Below are positions 30,753-41,349 of a stretch of 64,000 bases of DNA, piece after piece. How positions within the stretch are numbered: the stretch's first letter is position 1; each line of letters opens with the position of its first letter. Source of the DNA: Escherichia coli (GTDB lineage Bacteria > Pseudomonadota > Gammaproteobacteria > Enterobacterales > Enterobacteriaceae); assembly GCF_016903815.1 (NCBI RefSeq), contig NZ_CP069973.1; one strand, 5' to 3'. The translations under genes were made by a program, and so were the position numbers. The notes under the pieces are model-generated. The model did not search any database. It was not told the origin of the DNA and worked only from the letters and a program-made list of their open reading frames with translations.

Positions 30753-31463
30753 TTAATAATAATCGATAGTATTTTTGATGGTGTAAACCCGTTCGACGGC
30801 GGGTTTTACTCCTTCATCAACAATGATTAGCTGACAGTCCACCGGATTGGCGTGACTGTCATATTCACAGCTCTGTTTTACATTACCAACTCGTTGATTA
30901 TTCAGTAAAGTAACCGCTGTGTAATCTAATTTTTTGATCGGATCCGTTGATGGCGTAGCGCTAACAGATAATGTTTTGTCGTTACTTTTCGTGGTTTTAC
31001 CCAGCGGATAACCCTGATCATCATAGCGATATTCCATCTGCATCTGTTTGCTGCTGGCTTTAATCACAAAGCCATTATCATCGGTTTCCCAACTCACCCC
31101 TGCAGAAGGTAATTCTGCTAGCTGGCATTTTCCCTGCAAACGAACTCTTTTCTCCAGTGTCTGGGCATCACGGTAATAATTGGCGTCCAGTACCAGGGCA
31201 ACCACGGTATTATTTTCCAGATCCAGTAATTCGAGTGAATCAAAACAGCCTTCTTCCGACAAAGTCCCCGAAACACGTTTCGTCACTTCACCTTGCTCAT
31301 CCATTAATGTCTGAGTGAAATCTTTTACCGGACCACGCAGCGGATCAAAATCGAATTCATTAGAGAAACTGGCCATCTCAGGGGTAAATGAAAGTGTTAC
31401 CTCTGTGCGGTCACATCCTGTGAGGAATATCGCGAGTAAGCATGGCAGTAATTTGTATTTCAC
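30753..31463 (-). CDS. ynfC: Lipoprotein YnfC (GTG start)
   Basis: 236 aa from VKYKLLPCLLAIFLTGC (lipobox LTGC) within ORF 30753..31499. Confidence 0.8.
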   Translation of the reverse strand: MKYKLLPCLLAIFLTGCDRTEVTLSFTPEMASFSNEFDFDPLRGPVKDFTQTLMDEQGEVTKRVSGTLSEEGCFDSLELLDLENNTVVALVLDANYYRDAQTLEKRVRLQGKCQLAELPSAGVSWETDDNGFVIKASSKQMQMEYRYDDQGYPLGKTTKSNDKTLSVSATPSTDPIKKLDYTAVTLLNNQRVGNVKQSCEYDSHANPVDCQLIIVDEGVKPAVERVYTIKNTIDYY

Positions 31464-31567
31464 AACAGTCACCAGAGAGTAGAGATGATTCTCAATCATA
31501 GTAGCAAATACAGTACTTTACACGTTAAATGCTATGCTTAAAGAAGTTATCTTCGCGTAAGGAGCTT

Positions 31568-31876
31568 ATGATGAAACTCTCAACCTGCTGTGCCGCGCTT
31601 CTGCTCGCCCTCGCCTCACCCGCGGTACTCGCCGCGCCGGGATCCTGTGAGCGCATACAGAGCGATATATCACAGCGCATTATCAATAATGGCGTACCCG
31701 AAAGCAGCTTCACGTTAAGTATTGTACCCAATGACCAGGTTGATCAGCCTGATTCCCAGGTCGTCGGGCATTGCGCTAATGATACGCATAAAATTCTCTA
31801 CACCCGCACCACCAGCGGTAACGTCTCTGCTCCCGCGCAGTCTACCCAGGATGGCGCGCCTGCCGAACCGCAGTAA
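31568..31876 (+). CDS. ynfD: Secreted protein YnfD (DUF1161)
   Basis: 101 aa from MKLSTCCAALLLALASPAVLA…. Confidence 0.85.
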   Translation: MMKLSTCCAALLLALASPAVLAAPGSCERIQSDISQRIINNGVPESSFTLSIVPNDQVDQPDSQVVGHCANDTHKILYTRTTSGNVSAPAQSTQDGAPAEPQ

Positions 31877-32074
31877 TACATTATCGACTGCACGCCGGAT
31901 ACGACACATCCGGCGATTTGAACATACAACATAATCCCACCTTATTACTCATACCCTTCTATTGATATGGATTAATAATTCTTAACCCAAAATAGGTAGA
32001 CTCCCTCTATTGTTAGCGCGCTAAATATTCAATATATAAACTTTTATATAACGATAAAGAACAGGGAGTGAGTT

Positions 32075-34501
32075 ATGTCCAAAAATGAACAAATGGTGGG
32101 CATCAGCCGCAGAACACTCGTTAAATCTACCGCGATAGGTTCTCTGGCGCTGGCTGCAGGCGGTTTTTCTTTACCGTTCACCCTGCGCAGTGCAGCGGCA
32201 GCGGTACAACAGGCCAGCGAGAAAGTGGTCTGGGGTGCCTGTTCCGTCAACTGTGGTAGCCGCTGTGCACTTCGTCTGCATGTTAAAGATAATGAAGTGA
32301 CCTGGGTGGAAACTGACAACACCGGCAACGACGAGTATGGCAATCATCAAGTACGTGCCTGTTTGCGCGGTCGCTCCATCCGTCGGCGTATTAATCATCC
32401 CGATCGCTTGAATTACCCAATGAAACGCGTGGGCAAACGCGGCGAAGGCAAATTCGAACGGATTAGCTGGGATGAAGCCCTGGATACTATCGCCAGTAGC
32501 CTGAAAAAAACCGTCGAACAATATGGCAATGAGGCTGTATATATTCAGTACTCTTCGGGGATTGTTGGCGGCAATATGACCCGCTCTTCACCATCAGCCT
32601 CGGCGGTCAAACGCCTGATGAACTGCTACGGCGGTTCACTCAACCAGTATGGCTCCTACAGCACCGCGCAAATTTCCTGTGCCATGCCCTACACCTACGG
32701 CAGTAATGATGGCAACAGCACCACGGATATTGAAAACAGCAAGCTGGTCGTGATGTTTGGTAACAACCCGGCAGAAACCCGCATGAGCGGCGGTGGCATC
32801 ACTTATCTTCTTGAAAAAGCGCGCGAGAAATCGAACGCAAAAATGATTGTTATCGATCCGCGATATACCGATACGGCTGCTGGTCGTGAAGACGAATGGC
32901 TACCTATTCGCCCGGGCACCGATGCCGCGCTGGTTGCGGGTATTGCCTGGGTATTGATTAACGAAAATCTCGTTGATCAACCTTTTCTCGATAAATACTG
33001 CGTCGGCTATGACGAAAAAACCTTACCCGCAGATGCACCAAAAAATGGTCACTATAAAGCCTATATTCTTGGTGAAGGAGACGACAAAACAGCGAAAACG
33101 CCGCAGTGGGCTTCGCAAATTACCGGTATCCCGGTGGACCGTATCATCAAACTGGCGCGTGAAATTGGCACAGCAAAACCCGCTTATATCTGCCAGGGCT
33201 GGGGACCGCAACGCCAGGCAAACGGCGAGCTGACTGCACGCGCTATTGCGATGTTGCCTATTCTGACGGGCAATGTCGGCATCAGCGGCGGAAATAGTGG
33301 CGCGCGTGAATCGACCTATACCATTACCATAGAACGCCTGCCGGTGCTTGATAATCCGGTCAAAACGTCAATCTCCTGCTTCAGCTGGACAGATGCTATC
33401 GATCATGGCCCGCAAATGACGGCAATCCGCGACGGCGTCCGCGGCAAAGATAAACTGGATGTGCCCATTAAGTTCATCTGGAACTACGCGGGAAATACCC
33501 TCGTTAATCAGCATTCTGACATCAACAAAACGCATGAAATTCTGCAGGACGAATCGAAATGCGAAATGATTGTGGTCATCGAAAACTTTATGACCTCATC
33601 GGCAAAATATGCCGACATTCTGCTGCCAGACCTGATGACCGTTGAGCAGGAAGATATTATTCCTAACGACTACGCCGGTAACATGGGATATCTCATTTTC
33701 CTCCAGCCAGTCACCAGCGAAAAATTCGAACGCAAACCGATTTACTGGATCCTGAGTGAGGTCGCGAAACGTCTTGGACCTGACGTCTATCAAAAGTTCA
33801 CAGAAGGTCGCACGCAGGAACAATGGTTACAACATCTGTACGCCAAAATGCTTGCCAAAGATCCGGCGTTACCGTCTTACGACGAACTGAAAAAAATGGG
33901 TATCTATAAGCGTAAAGATCCCAATGGTCATTTTGTCGCCTACAAAGCATTTCGTGACGACCCCGAGGCAAATCCACTTAAAACGCCTTCCGGTAAGATT
34001 GAAATTTATTCCAGCAAGCTGGCGGAAATTGCCCGTACCTGGGAACTGGAAAAAGATGAAGTGATAAGCCCACTGCCAGTTTATGCCTCAACCTTTGAAG
34101 GCTGGGACTCCCCTGAACGTAGAACCTTCCCACTGCAACTGTTTGGTTTCCATTACAAATCCCGTACCCACTCGACCTACGGCAATATTGATGTCCTGAA
34201 GGCAGCCTGCCGTCAGGAGGTGTGGATCAACCCTATAGATGCACAGAAACGTGGGATTGCCAACGGCGATATGGTGCGGGTGTTTAACCATCGTGGCGAA
34301 GTTCGGCTACCAGCCAAAGTGACACCACGCATTCTCCCTGGGGTTAGCGCTATGGGCCAGGGAGCCTGGCACGAGGCCAATATGTCTGGCGATAAAATCG
34401 ACCATGGCGGCTGTGTGAATACGCTAACCACTCTGCGCCCTTCACCACTGGCGAAGGGAAACCCGCAGCACACTAATCTGGTCGAGATCGAAAAAATATA
34501 A
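32075..34501 (+). CDS. ynfE: Molybdopterin oxidoreductase catalytic subunit YnfE (DmsA paralog, Tat signal)
   Basis: 808 aa; twin-arginine motif SRRTLVK; Cys cluster CSVNCGSRC. Confidence 0.9.
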   Translation: MSKNEQMVGISRRTLVKSTAIGSLALAAGGFSLPFTLRSAAAAVQQASEKVVWGACSVNCGSRCALRLHVKDNEVTWVETDNTGNDEYGNHQVRACLRGRSIRRRINHPDRLNYPMKRVGKRGEGKFERISWDEALDTIASSLKKTVEQYGNEAVYIQYSSGIVGGNMTRSSPSASAVKRLMNCYGGSLNQYGSYSTAQISCAMPYTYGSNDGNSTTDIENSKLVVMFGNNPAETRMSGGGITYLLEKAREKSNAKMIVIDPRYTDTAAGREDEWLPIRPGTDAALVAGIAWVLINENLVDQPFLDKYCVGYDEKTLPADAPKNGHYKAYILGEGDDKTAKTPQWASQITGIPVDRIIKLAREIGTAKPAYICQGWGPQRQANGELTARAIAMLPILTGNVGISGGNSGARESTYTITIERLPVLDNPVKTSISCFSWTDAIDHGPQMTAIRDGVRGKDKLDVPIKFIWNYAGNTLVNQHSDINKTHEILQDESKCEMIVVIENFMTSSAKYADILLPDLMTVEQEDIIPNDYAGNMGYLIFLQPVTSEKFERKPIYWILSEVAKRLGPDVYQKFTEGRTQEQWLQHLYAKMLAKDPALPSYDELKKMGIYKRKDPNGHFVAYKAFRDDPEANPLKTPSGKIEIYSSKLAEIARTWELEKDEVISPLPVYASTFEGWDSPERRTFPLQLFGFHYKSRTHSTYGNIDVLKAACRQEVWINPIDAQKRGIANGDMVRVFNHRGEVRLPAKVTPRILPGVSAMGQGAWHEANMSGDKIDHGGCVNTLTTLRPSPLAKGNPQHTNLVEIEKI

Positions 34502-34561
34502 CCCACTACAACCATAAATTCTGGCATGACATTTTGTTTGAAAAGCAATAAGTGAGTAATG

Positions 34562-36985
34562 ATGAAAATCCATACCACAGAGGCGCTCATGAAGGCTGAA
34601 ATCAGCCGTAGAAGTCTGATGAAAACCTCCGCACTTGGCAGTCTTGCGCTGGCAAGCAGTGCTTTCACTCTGCCATTTTCCCAAATGGTCCGAGCGGCAG
34701 AGGCACCGGTAGAAGAGAAAGCGGTCTGGAGTTCCTGCACCGTTAACTGCGGGAGCCGCTGTCTGTTACGTTTGCATGTGAAAGATGACACCGTGTACTG
34801 GGTGGAGTCTGATACGACAGGTGACGACGTCTACGGTAATCATCAGGTTCGGGCATGTTTACGCGGGCGCTCTATCCGCCGACGGATGAATCATCCTGAC
34901 AGGTTGAAATATCCCATGAAGCGCGTCGGCAAGCGCGGTGAAGGTAAATTTGAACGGATAAGTTGGGATGAAGCCCTGGATACCATCAGTGATAATCTTC
35001 GGCGGATCCTTAAAGATTACGGCAATGAGGCTGTACATGTCCTGTACGGAACAGGCGTAGATGGCGGAAACATCACCAACTCAAACGTCCCGTACCGTCT
35101 GATGAACTCTTGCGGTGGTTTTCTCAGTCGCTATGGTAGCTACAGTACCGCACAGATCAGTGCCGCGATGAATTATATGTTCGGTGCCAATGATGGCAAC
35201 AGCCCGGATGATATCGCCAATACGAAACTGGTCGTTATGTTCGGAAATAACCCGGCAGAAACGCGGATGAGCGGCGGTGGTGTCACTTACTACGTCGAGC
35301 AAGCCCGCGAACGTTCAAACGCACGCATGATCGTCATCGATCCACGTTATAACGACACTGCTGCCGGGCGTGAAGATGAATGGCTGCCCATTCGCCCTGG
35401 CACCGATGGCGCACTGGCCTGTGCGATTGCCTGGGTACTGATTACTGAAAACATGGTCGATCAGCCATTTCTCGACAAATATTGTGTTGGTTACGATGAA
35501 AAAACGCTGCCCGCCAACGCACCACGTAACGCGCATTATAAAGCCTATATTCTGGGCGAAGGGCCTGACGGCATAGCTAAAACGCCGGAATGGGCAGCAA
35601 AAATCACCAGCATACCGGCAGAAAAAATTATCCAGTTGGCACGAGAGATCGGTTCAGCAAAACCTGCTTATATTTGTCAGGGTTGGGGGCCACAACGACA
35701 CTCCAACGGCGAACAAACGTCCCGCGCTATTGCCATGCTTTCCGTTCTCACCGGTAACGTCGGCATAAACGGCGGCAACTCAGGTGTACGCGAAGGTAGC
35801 TGGGATCTGGGGGTAGAATGGTTCCCGATGCTTGAGAATCCTGTTAAAACGCAGATTTCCGTCTTTACATGGACAGATGCCATCGACCACGGTACGGAAA
35901 TGACCGCGACCCGTGATGGTGTTCGTGGAAAAGAAAAACTGGATGTCCCCATCAAGTTTTTATGGTGCTACGCCAGTAACACATTGATCAATCAACATGG
36001 CGACATCAATCACACCCATGAGGTGCTTCAGGATGACAGCAAGTGCGAGATGATTGTTGGCATTGACCACTTCATGACTGCCTCGGCTAAGTATTGCGAT
36101 ATCCTGTTGCCCGACCTGATGCCAACAGAGCAAGAAGACCTTATCTCTCACGAATCTGCCGGGAATATGGGCTATGTGATCCTCGCCCAACCCGCAACCT
36201 CAGCAAAATTTGAACGCAAACCCATCTACTGGATGCTGAGCGAAGTCGCCAAACGCTTAGGACCAGACGTTTATCAAACCTTTACTGAAGGCCGCAGTCA
36301 GCACGAATGGATCAAATATCTCCATGCGAAAACGAAGGAACGTAACCCTGAGATGCCCGACTACGAGGAGATGAAAACGACCGGGATCTTTAAGAAAAAA
36401 TGCCCGGAAGAACACTACGTCGCTTTCCGCGCATTCCGTGAAGATCCACAGGCAAACCCGTTGAAAACACCTTCGGGGAAAATCGAAATTTATTCTGAAC
36501 GACTGGCGAAGATTGCAGATACCTGGGAATTGAAAAAAGATGAAATTATTCATCCCCTTCCTGCGTATACCCCAGGTTTTGATGGCTGGGACGATCCCCT
36601 GCGGAAAACCTATCCACTGCAGCTAACGGGCTTCCACTACAAAGCGCGTACCCACTCCAGCTACGGCAATATTGATGTGTTACAGCAGGCCTGCCCACAA
36701 GAGGTGTGGATCAACCCCATTGATGCTCAGGCACGCGGTATCCGTCATGGCGATACCGTGCGGGTATTTAACAATAATGGAGAAATGCTGATTGCCGCAA
36801 AAGTGACTCCGCGTATTCTGCCTGGCGTTACCGCCATCGGGCAAGGTGCGTGGCTTAAAGCGGATATGTTTGGTGACCGGGTCGATCACGGCGGCAGTAT
36901 CAATATTCTGACCTCTCACCGCCCTTCACCGCTGGCAAAGGGAAACCCGTCGCACAGCAATCTTGTCCAGATCGAAAAGGTTTAA
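34562..36985 (+). CDS. ynfF: Molybdopterin oxidoreductase catalytic subunit YnfF (DmsA paralog, Tat signal)
   Basis: 807 aa, tandem paralog of ynfE; Tat motif SRRSLMK. Confidence 0.9.
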   Translation: MKIHTTEALMKAEISRRSLMKTSALGSLALASSAFTLPFSQMVRAAEAPVEEKAVWSSCTVNCGSRCLLRLHVKDDTVYWVESDTTGDDVYGNHQVRACLRGRSIRRRMNHPDRLKYPMKRVGKRGEGKFERISWDEALDTISDNLRRILKDYGNEAVHVLYGTGVDGGNITNSNVPYRLMNSCGGFLSRYGSYSTAQISAAMNYMFGANDGNSPDDIANTKLVVMFGNNPAETRMSGGGVTYYVEQARERSNARMIVIDPRYNDTAAGREDEWLPIRPGTDGALACAIAWVLITENMVDQPFLDKYCVGYDEKTLPANAPRNAHYKAYILGEGPDGIAKTPEWAAKITSIPAEKIIQLAREIGSAKPAYICQGWGPQRHSNGEQTSRAIAMLSVLTGNVGINGGNSGVREGSWDLGVEWFPMLENPVKTQISVFTWTDAIDHGTEMTATRDGVRGKEKLDVPIKFLWCYASNTLINQHGDINHTHEVLQDDSKCEMIVGIDHFMTASAKYCDILLPDLMPTEQEDLISHESAGNMGYVILAQPATSAKFERKPIYWMLSEVAKRLGPDVYQTFTEGRSQHEWIKYLHAKTKERNPEMPDYEEMKTTGIFKKKCPEEHYVAFRAFREDPQANPLKTPSGKIEIYSERLAKIADTWELKKDEIIHPLPAYTPGFDGWDDPLRKTYPLQLTGFHYKARTHSSYGNIDVLQQACPQEVWINPIDAQARGIRHGDTVRVFNNNGEMLIAAKVTPRILPGVTAIGQGAWLKADMFGDRVDHGGSINILTSHRPSPLAKGNPSHSNLVQIEKV

Positions 36986-36995
36986 GGAGTAGCCC

Positions 36996-37613
36996 ATGAC
37001 CACACAATATGGATTTTTTATCGATTCCAGCCGCTGTACTGGCTGTAAAACCTGCGAACTGGCGTGCAAAGATTTTAAAGATCTTGGCCCGGAAGTCAGT
37101 TTCCGCCGTATTTATGAATATGCTGGCGGCGACTGGCAGGAAGATAATGGCGTCTGGCACCAGAACGTGTTCGCTTATTATCTCTCCATCTCCTGTAACC
37201 ATTGCGATGACCCCGCATGTACAAAAGTCTGCCCCAGCGGCGCAATGCATAAGCGTGAAGATGGCTTTGTGGTGGTTGATGAAGATGTTTGTATCGGCTG
37301 CCGCTACTGCCACATGGCTTGTCCGTACGGCGCGCCACAGTACAATGCTGAAAAAGGGCACATGACGAAGTGCGATGGTTGTTATTCGCGCGTCGCCGAG
37401 GGGAAACAACCCATATGTGTCGAATCCTGCCCGCTGCGTGCACTTGAGTTCGGTCCAATTGATGAGCTGCGCCAGAAGCACGGCACTCTGGCTGCCGTCG
37501 CGCCACTGCCGCGCGCGCATTTCACAAAACCCAATATCGTTATCAAACCTAACGCCAACAGCCGCCCGACCGGCGATACCACTGGTTATCTGGCTAATCC
37601 GGAGGAAGTGTAA
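36996..37613 (+). CDS. ynfG: 4Fe-4S ferredoxin subunit YnfG (DmsB paralog)
   Basis: 205 aa with four Cys clusters. Confidence 0.9.
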   Translation: MTTQYGFFIDSSRCTGCKTCELACKDFKDLGPEVSFRRIYEYAGGDWQEDNGVWHQNVFAYYLSISCNHCDDPACTKVCPSGAMHKREDGFVVVDEDVCIGCRYCHMACPYGAPQYNAEKGHMTKCDGCYSRVAEGKQPICVESCPLRALEFGPIDELRQKHGTLAAVAPLPRAHFTKPNIVIKPNANSRPTGDTTGYLANPEEV

Positions 37614-37614
37614 A

Positions 37615-38469
37615 ATGGGAAATGGATGGCATGAATGGCCACTGGTTATCTTTACCGTATTGGGTCAATGCGTAGTAGGCGCGCTGATTGTTAGCGGAAT
37701 TGGCTGGTTCGCCGCCAATAATGACGCAGACCGTCAGCGTATTGTCCGTGGCATGTTTTTCCTCTGGCTGTTGATGGGCATCGGGTTTATTGCCTCTGTC
37801 ATGCACCTGGGATCGCCACTGCGAGCGTTTAACTCGCTGAATCGAATCGGTGCTTCTGGTCTGAGTAACGAAATTGCTGCCGGTTCAATATTTTTTGCCG
37901 TTGGCGGATTATGGTGGCTGGTGGCAGTCATCGGTAAAATGCCGCAAGCGTTGGGGAAACTCTGGTTACTTGTCAGCATGGCGCTCGGCGTCATTTTCGT
38001 CTGGATGATGACCTGCGTGTATCAAATCGACACAGTGCCAACCTGGCATAACGGTTACACTACGCTGGCTTTCTTCCTGACAGTATTATTGAGCGGTCCA
38101 ATACTTGCTGCTGCAATTCTGCGGGCAGCCCGCGTTACATTTAATACCACACCATTTGCCATCATTAGCGTTCTGGCGCTGATCGCTTGTGCCGGGGTGA
38201 TTGTGCTGCAAGGTTTGTCTCTGGCGTCTATTCACTCATCCGTACAACAAGCCAGCGCACTGGTACCAGATTACGCCTCCTTACAGGTCTGGCGTGTGGT
38301 ATTGTTATGCACAGGTCTAGGATGCTGGCTTTGTCCGCTCATTCGTCGCCGTGAACCTCACGTTGCCGGACTTGTTCTGGGGCTAATCCTCATACTTGAC
38401 GGTGAGATGATCGGGCGTGTGCTCTTTTATGGCCTGCACATGACGGTAGGAATGGCTATTGCAGGTTAA
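37615..38469 (+). CDS. ynfH: Membrane anchor subunit YnfH (DmsC paralog)
   Basis: 284 aa from MGNGWHEWPLVIFTVLGQ…; ATG 1 nt after the ynfG stop; the longer ORF 37375.. is an out-of-frame extension. Confidence 0.9.
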   Translation: MGNGWHEWPLVIFTVLGQCVVGALIVSGIGWFAANNDADRQRIVRGMFFLWLLMGIGFIASVMHLGSPLRAFNSLNRIGASGLSNEIAAGSIFFAVGGLWWLVAVIGKMPQALGKLWLLVSMALGVIFVWMMTCVYQIDTVPTWHNGYTTLAFFLTVLLSGPILAAAILRAARVTFNTTPFAIISVLALIACAGVIVLQGLSLASIHSSVQQASALVPDYASLQVWRVVLLCTGLGCWLCPLIRRREPHVAGLVLGLILILDGEMIGRVLFYGLHMTVGMAIAG

Positions 38470-38511
38470 CAAATTGGTGCGGGGCAACCCGCACATTTCA
38501 GGATGTTAGGA

Positions 38512-39126
38512 ATGACCCATTTTTCACAGCAAGATAATTTTTCTGTCACGGCGCGCGTGTTGGGCGCGCTGTTTTATTACGCTCCAGAGAGTGCGGAAGC
38601 CGCACCTCTGGTTGCGGTACTCACCCGTGACGGCTGGGAAACTCAGTGGCCTCTACCAGAAGCGTCATTAGCGCCGCTGGTGACGGCTTTTCAGGCACAG
38701 AGTGAAGAGACTCGCGCCCAGGCCTGGCAGCGTTTGTTTGTCGGCCCGTGGGCACTGCCGTCTCCGCCGTGGGGATCGGTCTGGCTGGATCGCGAATCTG
38801 TGCTGTTTGGCGATTCAACATTGGCACTTCGTCAGTGGATGCGCGAGAAAGGCATTCAGTTTGAAATGAAGCAAAACGAACCGGAAGATCATTTTGGTTC
38901 ACTGCTCTTGATGGCTGCGTGGTTGGCGGAGAATGGTCGCCAGACAGAATGCGAAGAATTGCTGGCATGGCACCTTTTTCCGTGGTCAACACGTTTTCTT
39001 GACGTTTTTATCGAAAAAGCAGAACACCCTTTCTACCGTGCACTGGGTGAACTGGCTCGCTTAACGCTGGCGCAATGGCAATCACAACTGTTAATTCCTG
39101 TCGCGGTTAAACCACTCTTTCGATAG
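38512..39126 (+). CDS. dmsD: Tat proofreading chaperone DmsD
   Basis: 204 aa from MTHFSQQDNFSVTARVLGALFYY…. Confidence 0.9.
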   Translation: MTHFSQQDNFSVTARVLGALFYYAPESAEAAPLVAVLTRDGWETQWPLPEASLAPLVTAFQAQSEETRAQAWQRLFVGPWALPSPPWGSVWLDRESVLFGDSTLALRQWMREKGIQFEMKQNEPEDHFGSLLLMAAWLAENGRQTECEELLAWHLFPWSTRFLDVFIEKAEHPFYRALGELARLTLAQWQSQLLIPVAVKPLFR

Positions 39127-39320
39127 GATCACCTTATTATTGCCGGATGGTGACGATTACGCGCAATTCGGCAATAATAGGTTACAGTGTCACGTTTTTT
39201 TATCTCTTAAAGCACGCACTGCTTTTGCGGCTGGCCTCTTTTGCCGCAAAATAGTCGCCCGTGTTTCATTGCCCATTTCTGCTCATGCATCATCTACACA
39301 TCTATCCGGATCTGCGCACT

Positions 39321-40577
39321 ATGTTCCGCCGTCTGCTTATCGCAACAGTCGTCGGTATTCTCGCGGCCTTTGCCGTTGCCGGGTTTCGTCATACGATGCT
39401 GCTACTGGAGTGGTTGTTCCTCAATAATGACTCGGGCAGTCTGGTCAATGCAGCGACAAATCTTTCCCCGTGGCGACGGCTGCTAACTCCGGCGCTCGGC
39501 GGACTGGCGGCGGGTTTGTTGCTGATGGGCTGGCAGAAATTTACCCAGCAACGCCCTCATGCGCCGACCGATTACATGGAAGCGTTGCAAACCGATGGGC
39601 AGTTTGATTACGCAGCAAGCCTGGTTAAATCGCTTGCCTCTCTGCTGGTAGTAACCAGCGGCAGTGCAATTGGTCGCGAAGGTGCGATGATTCTTTTAGC
39701 TGCCCTTGCCGCCTCCTGTTTTGCCCAACGTTTTACGCCACGCCAGGAGTGGAAATTATGGATCGCCTGTGGAGCTGCGGCGGGAATGGCTGCGGCCTAT
39801 CGCGCCCCGCTTGCTGGCAGTTTATTTATAGCCGAAGTGCTGTTTGGCACTATGATGTTGGCCTCTCTCGGCCCGGTGATTATTTCCGCCGTCGTGGCGT
39901 TGCTGGTTAGCAATCTGATTAATCATAGCGACGCGTTACTCTACAGCGTACAACTCTCAGTGACGATTCAGGCTCGTGACTATGCGCTGATTATCAGTAC
40001 AGGTGTGCTGGCAGGTCTGTGCGGACCACTGTTGTTAACGTTAATGAACGCCTGTCATCGTGGATTTGTAAGTCTCAAACTTGCGCCGCCCTGGCAACTG
40101 GCACTGGGCGGGTTGATCGTGGGTCTGCTTTCCCTGTTCACACCTGCAGTGTGGGGCAACGGCTATAGCACCGTACAATCCTTTTTAACCGCCCCGCCAC
40201 TGTTAATGATCATTGCCGGGATCTTCCTCTGTAAACTGTTTGCCGTGCTGGCGAGTAGTGGTTCTGGCGCGCCCGGTGGTGTCTTTACACCGACGCTATT
40301 TATCGGTCTTGCCATTGGCATGTTGTATGGTCGTAGCCTGGGATTATGGTTCCCTGATGGCGAAGAAATTACGCTTTTACTCGGATTGACCGGGATGGCG
40401 ACACTGTTGGCGGCAACCACGCACGCGCCGATTATGTCGACGTTGATGATATGTGAAATGACCGGGGAGTATCAGCTACTCCCCGGTTTATTGATTGCCT
40501 GCGTAATTGCGTCGGTAATTTCGCGGACGTTACACCGTGACTCTATCTACCGCCAGCACACTGCGAAGCATAGCTAA
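39321..40577 (+). CDS. clcB: Voltage-gated ClC-type chloride channel ClcB
   Basis: 418 aa from [17 protein letters not shown]…. Confidence 0.85.
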   Translation: MFRRLLIATVVGILAAFAVAGFRHTMLLLEWLFLNNDSGSLVNAATNLSPWRRLLTPALGGLAAGLLLMGWQKFTQQRPHAPTDYMEALQTDGQFDYAASLVKSLASLLVVTSGSAIGREGAMILLAALAASCFAQRFTPRQEWKLWIACGAAAGMAAAYRAPLAGSLFIAEVLFGTMMLASLGPVIISAVVALLVSNLINHSDALLYSVQLSVTIQARDYALIISTGVLAGLCGPLLLTLMNACHRGFVSLKLAPPWQLALGGLIVGLLSLFTPAVWGNGYSTVQSFLTAPPLLMIIAGIFLCKLFAVLASSGSGAPGGVFTPTLFIGLAIGMLYGRSLGLWFPDGEEITLLLGLTGMATLLAATTHAPIMSTLMICEMTGEYQLLPGLLIACVIASVISRTLHRDSIYRQHTAKHS

Positions 40578-41225
40578 GCGGATGTATTGCCCCAGTTCAC
40601 GCTGTTCGGCGCGCGGCAGATAAGGCAGTTCACCAATGAGCGGTGCCGGAAGTTTTTTACCGAGCACATCAATGATTTCCGCATAATGCGCCAGTCCTGG
40701 ATTGATTCGGTTAGCCACCCAGCCAATGAGCGGTAGCCCGTCGTTGGCGATCGCCTGAGCTGTTAGCAGTGCATGGTTAATGCAACCTTCCTGAATACCG
40801 ACAACCATCAACACCGGCAGTTGTTCCTGCACCACCCATTCAGAGAGCGGACGCAAATCATTCATCAGACTGCGCCAGCCGCCAGTCCCTTCTACCACCA
40901 CATGATCGACTTTATCGGTCAGGTTTGCCAGGCCGTTTGAAATGAGGGTGTAATTGATTGGGCAACTGTGCGCCACGCTACTTTCTTCTTCGCTTAACGC
41001 GATAGGATTAACTGCTTCATAAGGCAGTTCGATGGTTGAAACACTCTGCAACACCAGGGCATCTTTATTACGCAGCCCTTCGGGTGTCTCTTTGCTCCCC
41101 TTCGCTACGGGTTTATATCCCGCAACCGTTTTTCCCTGGGAGGCTAACGCTTGTAGCAATGCGCGGGAAACCACCGTTTTCCCTACAGAAGTGTCTGTAC
41201 CGGTAATAAAGAAACGCTTCAGCAT
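40530..41225 (-). CDS. ynfK: Dethiobiotin synthetase paralog YnfK (BioD2)
   Basis: 231 aa from [28 protein letters not shown]… (P-loop). Confidence 0.85.
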   Translation of the reverse strand: MLKRFFITGTDTSVGKTVVSRALLQALASQGKTVAGYKPVAKGSKETPEGLRNKDALVLQSVSTIELPYEAVNPIALSEEESSVAHSCPINYTLISNGLANLTDKVDHVVVEGTGGWRSLMNDLRPLSEWVVQEQLPVLMVVGIQEGCINHALLTAQAIANDGLPLIGWVANRINPGLAHYAEIIDVLGKKLPAPLIGELPYLPRAEQRELGQYIRLAMLRSVLAVDRVTV

Positions 41226-41349
41226 CACTAACTCCACCGTTATGCTTCACAAATATAAACCAGGAAAATAATTAACCTTGAAAGTCTAAGTTATGCTTTC
41301 CTGGCCCAAATTGAGATAGCGCAAATTTTGGTAGAACAGTTAAAAAATG

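Noticed and set aside
32171-36553. Numerous antisense or alternate-frame ORFs within ynfE and ynfF (for example 32171..32521, 33596..33823, 35081..35302, 36257..36553)
   Set aside because: All are embedded in the long, intact oxidoreductase genes.
37375-38469. 364-aa ORF suggesting a long N-terminal extension of ynfH
   Set aside because: The extension runs out of frame through ynfG; the ATG at 37615, one nucleotide after the ynfG stop, gives the expected 284-aa membrane subunit.
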